From Octopus vulgaris (lineage: Eukaryota): a stretch of 64,000 nucleotides of DNA. Shown in pieces: positions 52,250 through 64,000 of the stretch (within the stretch, counting starts at the first letter, position 1; each line of letters starts with the position of its first letter). The stretch covers positions 15,686,001-15,750,000 of the forward strand of contig OX597833.1 in assembly GCA_951406725.2 (NCBI GenBank). Reading direction: 5' to 3'. The notes beneath the pieces are model-generated. The model was given only the letters and a program-made list of their open reading frames with translations, ran no database searches and was not told the origin of the DNA. A program made the position numbers and the translations under genes.

Positions 52250-53060
52250 AGCAAATGTTAGTGGATGTAGCAAATTCGCCTAAAAATGAAAAGAAAGGTG
52301 GTATGATGATAACATGGCTAGGTATGCTCACTGGGAAGTCTTGAAAGGACACTGAAATAATACGAGTATAAACCAGATACTTTTAGAGAATGGGCAAAGC
52401 CTATATGTTGTGGCAGAAGGCAATAAGCCAAGATGCTACGACTGTGGCAGCCCAGAACATTTAATTGCAAAGTGCGTTCTGGGACAGAAAAAACAAGAAA
52501 GAACAAATAAAAAAACCTGTGTTGGTGCTGTTTCTTTTCTTGGTGATGTTGTTGGGGTTTGTTTGCTGGTTTGTTGTTTTTCTTGGCATTGTTCCATAAT
52601 TGAGTGTGTTGGTGTTGGTGTTGGCAACAAAGGTTATTTATTTGTCCCCGTGAATAATGAGTATTTGATCTTGCTGGATGTTACAATCCGTAGTGATTCA
52701 GCGATTGATGCCCGGATACCAGACATTGTTTTAGTTGATAAAATGAAGAAGGAAGCCAAGATCATTCATAGTTATTCCGACGTCTGTGGATGCACGATTG
52801 AATGGTGAAGAAGTAGAAAAGATTGAGAGGTAAAAAGACACCTCAAAGTGACATTGCACAAATGTGCGCAATGTGGAAAGTAATTGTCATCCCAGTAGAA
52901 GTAACGTTAGCTGTAGTGACATTGGGAAGATTAACATCCAGATTTCAGTAATATCTTGGAGAAATTAGGATTAACCTGAGGATAGAATATACTCATAAAA
53001 CTGCTTTATTGGGGAGACTGATAGCTGGATCTTAAGTATCTTGCAGGATGACTGTGTGAG
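52250..53060 (+). mobile_element. RLE-type LINE C-terminal remnant interrupted by a zinc-knuckle ORF1-like fragment
   Basis: VSGCSKFA..DNMARYAHW, then insert with CYDCGSPEHLIAKC (CX2CX4HX4C), then ILLDVTIRSDSAIDARIPDIVLVDK..EVEKIER..KVIVIPV..KTALLG (PD..D restriction-like endonuclease). Confidence 0.75.
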
Positions 53061-53249
53061 GGCCTTAACATGTTGTTATCTGCTGTTACAGAATTAGCCG
53101 GAGCCAAGTGGAACGTACAATGACGGGCTCTTCTGTCGAAGACCACGTATGAGTGTTCAGCTTTTTGATGAACGATCGTTGCAAATGATTTTTTATAGTG
53201 ATAAAATCTATGTGCTGTACATTCCTTCGTTCCCTCCATCAAGTCGATA

Positions 53250-53491
53250 TTGCTCCTTAATCCCTGAATAGATTGTGATTTCCCGAGGCGCCACTGGTGG
53301 CAAATATGTCCAGCGTTTGTCACCTCTAAAAACGGTATTAATCATCGACTAATCATGCTAGAATAACTTTCGTTTGCTATACAAATGAATATACAATATA
53401 TGTTTTAAATGATAAAGATCAAGTTATTGTTCCTTGTTTTTTCATCCGTCCAAGGCAAATGGAATTTGACGATGTTCCGTTAGGTTACTTA
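53250..53491 (+). repeat. ~240-bp direct repeat, copy 2
   Basis: See 49002-49240. Confidence 0.9.
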
Positions 53492-53600
53492 GAGCAAAGT
53501 GGAATGAATTGTTTTGCTCGAGAACACAACGCACTACCCGATCAAGGAACTGAAAACACAATCCCGGGATCATGAAGTCTACACCCTAACCACTAGGTCA
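53492..53600 (-). mobile_element. SINE D head fragment, degenerate
   Basis: gttttgctcgagaacacaacgc..acaccctaaccacta. Confidence 0.65.
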
Positions 53601-54172
53601 TAATAATAAGAAGAACAATATAGGTATATATAACGATTTCATATGTTTTGATTTTTTGCGTTTTACATCGCGCATTTTAACGAATTCTAATTACATTTTG
53701 CAGTTCTTGTCTGTGTATTCTATTCAGCGAAAAAGGTTAAAACATAAGGTGACTATTTATATTGATTTTTAATATAAAATTGACAAGCAGTGGCACGCAA
53801 TTTACCTGAGAGACAAGCGTTTCAGTATGACTCCGTAATGGAATAATGATATAATTATTCAGTCTTCACCTTTGCTTCTAGAACGAAAGAAAACAATGTT
53901 GTTCATCTGAAACATGAACAGTCAAGCACTAAATTCGTTATAATCTTTCAGTTCTTTGGTGCTTTATTTTTCACGTGATTCTAACTCAAATTTTTGGAAC
54001 AGTTAATTTTTCTTTTCTTAGTCAATAAAATAACTTACAAGAAATAAAATTAGAATAATTTAGTTGGTTTTCCTTGTACGCTGTACTGAATTAAATTATC
54101 ATTCCGAAATCAGTATCTCTACACGCATAGCAGAGAGTCGAAAATGATGCCGCGCAACATTGCAAATGCGTG

Positions 54173-54281
<109 letters not shown>

Positions 54282-54696
54282 AGAAAAAAGCAACAAGTAT
54301 GGATTAGTTTTTTAGTACAATTGTTTCATACGAAGAACAGCTTTATTAAAAGCTGCAAATATTGGAGCAAATACAAGTGTCCCGTACTCATCAGCCAAAA
54401 CACATATGAGTTTTCCAAACATCCTAGGGGGTGAGGCTACACTCATGAAGTATCGAAGAGAGTTCTATAAAAAGCAAATTTAGATTGTAAGCAGACTTCC
54501 AAAGTTCTCTAATGATGCAGAGTTTTATAAAAGGTTTTAAAAAAGTTTGTTAACTTCACAGAAAATGTAAATCCATCCATAATAATGTAGGTGTAATTTC
54601 CGTAGATATGAGGAGATATTTCATACTCAGAGACGATGAATTTATCCATAATAAAGTGGGTATAATTTCCTGATATATGAGAAGATGCCGATCACA

Positions 54697-54855
<159 letters not shown>

Positions 54856-55253
54856 TCAGATGAAAACGTTACTTAAGATGAAGCTCCAGAATTTAGCTGG
54901 GTATTATCCATACAATTTCAAATAAGGTGATTAAAATCAAAATAAGCAACAAGGACATCCGTGTTGCCTATTTTGATTCTATATATATAGTTTATGAGAA
55001 GTAATGTTGTCATTGAGACCCAAAGGTGTCAGGTAATGCTGAATAAGTGCTATAAACAGACCATAGCAAAGTTTCAGGTTCAGTGATTTTGCGAATTAGG
55101 GGTTCAATATTGGCCACATGTCAGCGTGTGTATATAATTTTTTGTTTCGTAATGAGATAAAAAAAACCCAAGGCTGTCTAGATTTTAGAACAATTAAAGA
55201 TAGAATGTCTTACAGAAACTGCCGTTTTTTTTTATCTCATTGCGAAAAAAAAT

Positions 55254-55325
<72 letters not shown>

Positions 55326-56014
55326 TGTATGTATGTATGTATGTATAGCATGTATAGAAAAGGGTGTGAAGTTTGCATTAATTCAATTATTGATTAATTT
55401 GAAAAAATCAACAATTATTTAATCATTTGGATATTGAATTACTGGGTTAGAATTGCATTACTAAAGACCGTGCAATAATCAATAATCCGAGGCAAAGCGA
55501 ATAAATGCCAGATCAGGGAAATTGAAATGCAAATTGAGAACTAATTCAGGGGAATTAATTTTGTCCTGCTGAACTGTATAGCACGATACTCCGTAGACCC
55601 ATTTAGATGGCACAGCTTCTAACGCTGATAGAACTGCTCAATCGTGGAAACAGTTCTAACTACCGGCAAATTAGGAGATATAACTCAGTGAATATGAAGT
55701 GAACAGATATAACCAAATTTATGAATTTCAAATTTATTATATTATAGAAACGATTGATTCTATTTAATGCTTCGTTTGACGTGAAAAATAAATATTTAAA
55801 TATTGTAGAGAATTAAATGAAAGGAAAAATTATTTCCGATTATCTAAATAGTTAACATATAGTATATTTATTTAATATTTCATTCATGTTTTCAGTCGCC
55901 GAGTGGAATTTTTTTTTTTTTCGAATTATTACAATTTTTTCGTTGATTTAGACTACAAAAGAAATATATTATATTCAAATATCAACAAATTTAATAGTTA
56001 TATAACGTATTTCT

Positions 56015-56161
56015 TATATGTATATGTGTATAAATATCTTTACATATGCAAGTATATATACATATATATATATGTATGTATGTATACATATATATATATA
56101 TATGTATATATATATACATATGTATATATACATATATATATATATGTATATATATATATAC

Positions 56162-56202
<41 letters not shown>

Positions 56203-56260
56203 GATAAATATACATATGTATAGTCTAGACATATATACACACGTGTTTACATGTGTGTGC

Positions 56261-56306
<46 letters not shown>

Positions 56307-56389
56307 GTGTGTGTGTGTATATATATGTATATATGTATATATATGAGTGTGTGTATATACATATGTATATATATGTGTATATATATACA

Positions 56390-56423
<34 letters not shown>

Positions 56424-56426
56424 TAT

Positions 56427-56468
<42 letters not shown>

Positions 56469-56500
56469 CGATACATACATTCGCACTCATACACACATGC
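56015..56500. repeat. Long degenerate (TA)/(TG) microsatellite
   Basis: Directly visible. Confidence 0.95.
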
Positions 56501-56919
56501 ATAGGAATACACATTTGGAGAGTGAAAGAAAGAGAAGTGTGTATATGGTTGTCACCAATAATTTCAGTTAGAAGTCTTGCCACGCTTGAATGGTAATGAA
56601 CATTTCCTTGGTCCGTTTCCTCTGGACCAATTCCTTCTAATGGATTTATATTCAATCAGTCTATGCTAATTACAAATAGTTATTTTTTTTTCATTTCTTC
56701 TTTTTATTTCTGTTTATTATATCGCATCAAAAAATAATACCTTGTTACACCAATATTCGTGGAAAGGAGCTAACGTAGCGCAATATAGTTGCGCGCCATG
56801 TTACTGATGAGGCAGGGCAGCGTTTAAAGAACAGATTTTATGAAAATACATATTTCCATTTGGGAGGTACTTGAGATCACACTGCAAGTTCTAATGCTAT
56901 AATAGTAAAAATGTCTGAT

Positions 56920-57072
56920 AAGTAGCGTGCTTATGAAGCACGTGGTTCCAGGTTCATTCCCACTGCGTGGTACCTTGGGCAAGTGTCTTGTGCTATGGCC
57001 TCGGGACGACCAAATTCTTGTGAGTGGATTTGGTAGACGGAAACTGAAAGAAGCCCCTCGTATATATGTATG

Positions 57073-57124
<52 letters not shown>

Positions 57125-57330
57125 TGTGTCTGTATTTGTCCTCCCAACATCGTTTGACAACCGATGCTGGTGTGTTTACGTCCCCGTAACCTAGCGGTTC
57201 GGTAAAGGAGTCGATAGAATAAGTACTAGGCTTCCAAAGAATAAGTCGTGGGGCCGATTTGCTCGACTGAAGGCGGTGCTCCAGCATGGCCGCAGTCAAA
57301 TGACTGAAACAAGTAAAAGAGTGAAAGAGT
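56920..57330 (+). mobile_element. SINE C
   Basis: Family match, head partly eroded. Confidence 0.88.
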
Positions 57331-57564
57331 AGGTAGGTCTTCTCAGCTTACCTTCATCAATTCCAAAAATGAATGCACACACACACACACACACACACAT
57401 ACACACACGCACAACACATGCACATAAACAAACACACACACACGTGTTATTTTCTGTATGGGTGTGCCTTTCCAAATTTTAATATACTACTCCTTGCCGT
57501 AAGTAGGCCGGGCAAAATGCTTAGTATTTGCTCCGCCTTCCCATTCTAGGTTCAAATCACACTG

Positions 57565-57835
57565 CCCAGTGGTTAGAGCAGCGGACTCCTAGACCGGGCG
57601 TTGTGTGTGTTTATTGAGCGAAAACACCTAAAAGCTCCATGAGGAGCAGGGTGGTGGCGACCCCTGTTGTACTATTTCGCTCCAACTTTCTCTCACTCTT
57701 TCTTCCTGTTTCTTGAGTAACGCTGCGATGGACTGGCGTCCAGTCCAGCTAGGGGCAGCAAATACGCCATAGAAACCGGGAAACCGGGCCCATGAACCTG
57801 GATAGGCTTGAAAAGGTCGCATAAATAAATAAAAA
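57565..57835 (+). mobile_element. SINE with B head and tail X, flanked by old SINE A pieces (57500-57560, 57850-58000)
   Basis: gcccagtggttagagcagcggactc..gctgcgatggactggcgtcc..aaaccgggaaaccgggcccatga. Confidence 0.8.
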
Positions 57836-58469
57836 AAGTATATTCCTTAAAGCAGCGAGCTGGAATAATCGTTAGCAAGCCGCCCTCAGTTGAAATTCAG
57901 CCGACATCGATTTTATCTTTCGTCGTTTCAGGGACGATAAAAATAAATACCAGTTGTGTACTGGGGAAATGGAATCGACTTAAACTCCTGTCAAAATTTA
58001 AAAGCAATTTTTACTATGATTACTTCATATGAACTCTTTATCTTTTCCATGTATCTGTGCAGAAACAACGGCGAGGTTTGAGGGTGGATTGGCTGTAATA
58101 TATTTCAATGATCGATCTAAAAATTCTTCTGGAATGGTGAATAACGATTGATGACTCTTCTGAGTATTCGTTTTATAGTTTTGAAAAAAGAAGGTAGAGA
58201 TACATGTAGATTATCCATATTTGTATATACAATTGTGAATATCTCAGCCGGAGGAGGGATATACATTAGACTGTCAATGTTTCACATAAATAGCATACTT
58301 AGACATACACGTCCACCCAAACGCACACACACACAGATATACACACATGTATAGGGCTGGCACCTCAAATCCGTTATTCAATCTGAATTTCATGTCCCCA
58401 AACGTCAACCAGGATACGTAACCAGAAATAATGTGCTAGTTAGAAGAAACCATAAATAACCTTACGTAC

Positions 58470-59075
<606 letters not shown>

Positions 59076-59288
59076 TGTAATCTTAAAACTGTTTTGAGAA
59101 TAAAAGCATATTCATTGACTGGCGGGAGTTGACAGTAAAGACAGTCAAATTTAATACAAATAGCTTATTCTCCGACTAGAGATAATTTGCTTAAATGTAT
59201 TTAAAGAAGATTGGAAAATGCCGTTTGTGACTATTTAAAATTGGGGGATGAATTCTACAGATAAATAAATTTTTTCATTATTTTGAAA

Positions 59289-59685
59289 TCTTTATATATA
59301 AAAGTAAGGTTGTGTGTCTGTCTCCTACGATTTAGATTCCTAACTACTCCCACATTTTGCGGTGCAGTTTAACCAAAACCGGGTATCTTATAGTCGTGAT
59401 TCAAATCGAGCCCTTCTGGGTATTAGCGTGTCTACGATGAGTCTACGATTTAAAAAAAAATTACCATCATTTTTTTCCATTTTAATGCATTTTTTCGCTA
59501 CTAAATAAGGGAAGTAACTCTCTAAATATATGTCTACGATGAGTCAACGATTTTTTAAAAAATTTACCATCATTTTTTTTCCATTTTTAATGCATTCTTT
59601 TGCTATATTTTGGCTATAACTCTCTAAAAATGCTTATATAGTTATTTCCCTTACAAACCCGAGCAACACCGGGCGATACTGCTAG
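59289..59685 (+). mobile_element. Non-autonomous Helitron-like element
   Basis: a|TC ... cccgagcaacaccgggcgatactgCTAG|t; internal ~100-bp duplication. Confidence 0.88.
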
Positions 59686-59829
59686 TAAAGTATAACATGT
59701 GAGTGAGAAATTTCGTGATGGGAGGTTGTGTCAGTAAAGAAAAGTGAAAGTGGTTACCTGAAGAGACAAATGGTTTCTGTGGTTTTTCTATTCAATTTAC
59801 CTTGATTAATATACAAGGAAGAATCATTA

Positions 59830-60431
59830 TCATCAGCAGGTTCGGTATTAAGATCTCTATTCGTGTCTTTTCACCGCCATTCTTACTTTTTCACTATCTT
59901 ATAACTCAGTTCAATCCTTGGTGTTACCAAATCAGTTTGTTGTTGGTCTTCATCTCGAAGTGTCATTCCTTGTAATAACGCTTTTCTGCTATAGGCACTA
60001 GGCCTGAAATTTTGGTGGAGGAGCTAGTCCATTACACCGACCCATTTACACATGTGGTTTTTAATTTATTGACACCGAAGTGATAAAAGGCAAAGTCGAC
60101 TTCAGCAGTGTTTGAACTCAGAACATAAAGACGAAGAAAATGCCGCAAAGCATTTTACCCAGCGTACTATCGATCCTTCTTGTCGCCTTATCACTCCTTC
60201 TAAAAATACTTTGCGCTCTTATTAATGTAATCAAAGCATTTTAATCTTCGTTTCAATAATAGTTGAAATTAATGATGATTTTGCATCTATGTTAGGATTT
60301 ATCGAAATATCCTTCAGATTCTTCTGTACGTCCACATTTCAAAGACTCCTAGTTTATCGGAGTATTTGTCAATGACCATTATTTCTGTAACAATGTGGAC
60401 CTTAATAAAATATTTACACTGCTTTTCTCTT

Positions 60432-60470
<39 letters not shown>

Positions 60471-61850
60471 CTCTTTTACTTTTTTACTTGTTTCAGTTAT
60501 TTGACTGCGGCCATGCTGGAGCATCGCCTTTAATCCAGCAACTCGACCCGAGACTTATTCTTTGTAAGCCTAGTGCTTATTCTATCTGTCTCTTTTGCCG
60601 AACCGCTAAGTGACGGGGACATAAACACACCAGAATCGGTTGTCAAGCGTTGTTGGATGGGACAAACACAGACACACAAACATACACGCACACATATATA
60701 TATATATACATATATACGACGGGCTTCTTTCAGTTTCCGTCTACCAAATCCACTCACAAGGCTTTGGTCGGCCCGAGGCTATAGTAGAAGACACTTGTCC
60801 AAGGTGCCACGCAGTGGGACTGAACCCGGAACCATGTGGCTGGTAAACAAGCTACTTTCCCCACAGCCACTTCTGCACCTATGTGTTTAATACTATTTAT
60901 GATGTCGGAAAGCGTCGCTAATGTGTTTATGTTTTGGACACCAAAAATCTTCATATGTCTATGTTTTGATAATCTAAGGCTTATTGTGCCTATGTTCGAG
61001 CTTTGTTGCTTTCCTATTCTTCATTAATTTTATTCTTTCTTCTATGTCTTCCTTTAGAATGTTATTTCCAGTTGTAACCTCAACTTCAGACACTGATGGT
61101 CTGTCCTCATCAGAACGTTCTGAAATATCCCCGAGCTCTCTTCTTATTATTTTTGCCATATTAATTAAAATATTTACAGTTTTATCATTCACATCCTGTT
61201 TACATATTTCTTTCAATTTATTATTCACCTGCTTTGCTTTCTGTCGTTCCTAAAGATCTAGTATTTCCTTTCATAATTCATTCACCCACCTATCTTCGGC
61301 TTTTCAGCGTTCTTAGCTGATATCTGTTTAGTTTCCTGTATTGTTCAAGAACTGGTTCTTTCACTTTCTGCTTTTCCTTGTCTTTGCTAATATCTCATAT
61401 CCTATCCATCCATTCTTATTACTTTCTCTTTGGGGAAATATTTTTCTTTGCTGAAAAGATGGATTTTTTCGAAATATTCAATCCTTTTTGTAATGTTTCT
61501 GTTATGCTGCCTTCATTCTTAGGATTTTGTATAAATTCTTCTTGACATAGGTTACTATAGGCATTTCCAACTTCAACACTATATTTCTCTTCGTAGTCTT
61601 CCCTCTCGGGTAGCTTACTTTTCTCTTTTGCTTTTATTTGTTGATTTATTAATTCTCTTTTAGTTGTTTTACGGTTTTATTTTATGTCAAACGATCATTG
61701 TATTGTGGTCAGAGTTTATGCCAGCCCCTAAGAATGGCTTTGCTGTTCTTGGTTTTGGAAACTTCGGTTGACCACCAAATGATCGCGTTGGTTTTCTGCG
61801 TATGGCACCACGGTTCTTCCAGGTATATAAGTTTCTCAATGGGTTTGGAA
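59830..61850 (-). mobile_element. Heavily decayed, deleted RTE-clade LINE, interrupted by SINE A (59980-60190) and SINE C (60470-60880)
   Basis: Motifs in the expected order on minus strand: RNLYTWKN..KPFLGAGINSDHN (APE end), ILKEDIEERIKLMKNRKA, KLGVFEMWTYRRI, R*RPTTN*FGNTKD*T..RMAVKRHE*R. Confidence 0.7.
60470..60880 (-). mobile_element. SINE C
   Basis: Full family match. Confidence 0.9.
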
Positions 61851-61914
61851 TACAAACACACATACAGACATACACATATAATGTTATATATTATAATGTT
61901 AAATGTATATATAT

Positions 61915-62112
61915 ATAGTCGCCATGATAGATCGTTAGCCACTACACACATTTTTTTCTCTCCTTCTTTCTGTCCTTGTTTTTTTCTGTTTCCTTTCCTG
62001 TAGAAGAGCATAGGCTCGAAACATAAAAGTGTTTTTCTGTTATTGAGCGTTATACTAATACATCTGTTTGTTTTCTACACCACCTGTCTTCGTATTTTTT
62101 TTCGTAAACTCT

Positions 62113-62116
<4 letters not shown>
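61915..62116 (+). mobile_element. Short TA-embedded element with hammerhead-like core
   Basis: ctgtagaa-gagc-atag-gctc-gaaac; homologous to 13603-13775; (TA)n flanks. Confidence 0.7.
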
Positions 62117-62199
<83 letters not shown>

Positions 62200-62842
62200 A
62201 ATAATTGAGACACTACTCTGTGTTTTGCTTCAGATCAACCAGTACTTGACCGTCTATACTGATGTGAACAGCGTATGTGTATTTCTGAATTATTTTCTCG
62301 AAATCTCTAAAAGGAAGGGTGTATTCATGTATATTAAACTGGGTAAGAAACTATTTATATACCTCTTTATTCTTCTGTTTCTGGTAAGTGCTATTTACTC
62401 TGTTTCTATCTAGAAATAAACGGAAATTACTGTTATTCCCTTCAAACTATCTGTTGGGACTTGTACATCAATGTTTTGAAAATTAATTATTTTCCATTAT
62501 ATTTCACACAGAATGAGCGCCGAGTTGCTGATGCACAAATATTGTTATACCAAATATTCTACTCGAAACCTCATATTGAAGATGTTCCTTAATGGTTGGC
62601 AATCATGTATAGGAGGACTTGGGGATCATCACAGCCTTGTGTTGAGAAGGGTAATTTGGGATTTGAATGAATGTATAATAAAGCAAAGATCGGAGGAGAT
62701 GTTATCCATCTTTTATACTTTATCGGAGTAAGCAAATAATAAATAACACACGCTACCCAAAGACAAAAACCATGCTATACAACATTATAATTGGCCATAC
62801 TCCACAAAGAATTACGGAATTTTCAGTTATTTATAGTATGGT

Positions 62843-63054
62843 TACTCTTTTACTCTTTTACTTGTTTCAGTCATTTGACTGCGGCCATGCTGGAGCACCG
62901 CCTTTAGTCGAGCAAATCGACCCCGGGACTTATTCTGTTGTAAGCCCAGTACTTATTCTATCGGTCTCTTTTGCCGAACCGCTAAGTGACGGGGACGTAA
63001 ACAAACCAGCATCGGTTGTCAAGCAATGCGAGGGGGACAAACACAGACACACAA

Positions 63055-63085
<31 letters not shown>

Positions 63086-63258
63086 CATATATACGACAGG
63101 CTTCTTTCAGCTTCCGTCTACCAAATCCACTCACAAGGCATTGGTCGGCCCGGGGCTATAGCAGAAGACACTTACTCAAGATGCCACGCAGTGGGACTGA
63201 ACCCGCAACCATGTGGTTGGTTAGCAAGCTACTTACCACACAGCCACTTCTGCCCCTA
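62843..63258 (-). mobile_element. SINE C, young subfamily
   Basis: Nearly identical to 3632-4047. Confidence 0.92.
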
Positions 63259-63285
63259 TGGTTGTATCTTTCTGATAAGAGCACT

Positions 63286-63286
<1 letters not shown>

Positions 63287-63372
<86 letters not shown>
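63287..63372. repeat. (CT)n microsatellite
   Basis: Directly visible. Confidence 0.97.
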
Positions 63373-63377
<5 letters not shown>

Positions 63378-63876
63378 GCTTCATATGGTATGGAAGTAGA
63401 ATTAAAAGTGCATAAACCTGAGCAGTGGTTTCGTGAATGAAACAAAAATTTCGAAGCAAGTTTGCGCAATGACGTCAAATGCAGTTCCGATTTTTTTTCT
63501 CTCATTTTTTTCTTTAACCTTCATTATTCTTTTTATATCTGTATCTCCATTTTTCCATCACTCATTATCTCTCACTCTCTTTCTGTCATTCTTTCTGTCT
63601 TGCACTCATTTTCTCAATGGAAAATGCAACATAGAAAAAGACGGCGGGAGAAATGCATAGAGACGGTGAGAACTGATGGTAATGATGACAGCTGCAGAAA
63701 ACTGTTTTTTATTCAATATTCCAATACACAATACAAGTAAACTGAACATGTTTCTCTTCTCTTTCATTTCGTCATCAATCTTACACAGACACACACAAAT
63801 ATTCTCTCTTTCTCTCAATCTCTCTCTCTCACTCTTTCTCCACCTCACTACCTCCGTATATAGTGATATATATATA

Positions 63877-63933
<57 letters not shown>

Positions 63934-64000
63934 AGGGTAAATAATTTCTATAATGGTTTTTAAAAAAAGACCACAATTATTTACTGGTAGAATTCGGTAT

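Noticed and set aside
62505-62731. Possible host exon after ttcacacag
   Set aside because: There is an acceptor-like site, but no recognisable protein similarity and no partner exons; it needs RNA-seq.

Overview
AT-rich eukaryotic DNA made almost entirely of repeats. The SINE families and the dense (TA)n/(CA)n/(GA)n/(TATG)n microsatellites point to a cephalopod, most likely an Octopus genome; this is recognition from memory, not a database result. I can support no intact host gene, rRNA, tRNA gene or CRISPR array. Nearly all ORF-track entries are microsatellite or SINE read-throughs. Contents: (i) about 40 tRNA-headed SINE copies in four head types, with my working labels A-D; (ii) five non-autonomous Helitron-like elements with shared ends and swappable interiors; (iii) one decayed Gypsy provirus with both LTRs plus a second fragment; (iv) fragments of CR1, RTE, Tx1/L1-like, RLE-type (R4/Dong-like) and Penelope-like retroelements; (v) Tigger-, mariner- and Merlin-like MITEs; (vi) a 49 x 37-bp minisatellite born inside a SINE. 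The most interesting signals are SINE A concatemers inserted as single events with recurrent junctions, SINE head/tail module swapping, a variable cargo slot in the Helitron family, a LINE flanked on both sides by (TATG)n, and degenerate hammerhead-like motifs and fold-backs in short TA-embedded elements. Coordinates were read by eye: a few bases of error for young elements, tens of bases for decayed ones.
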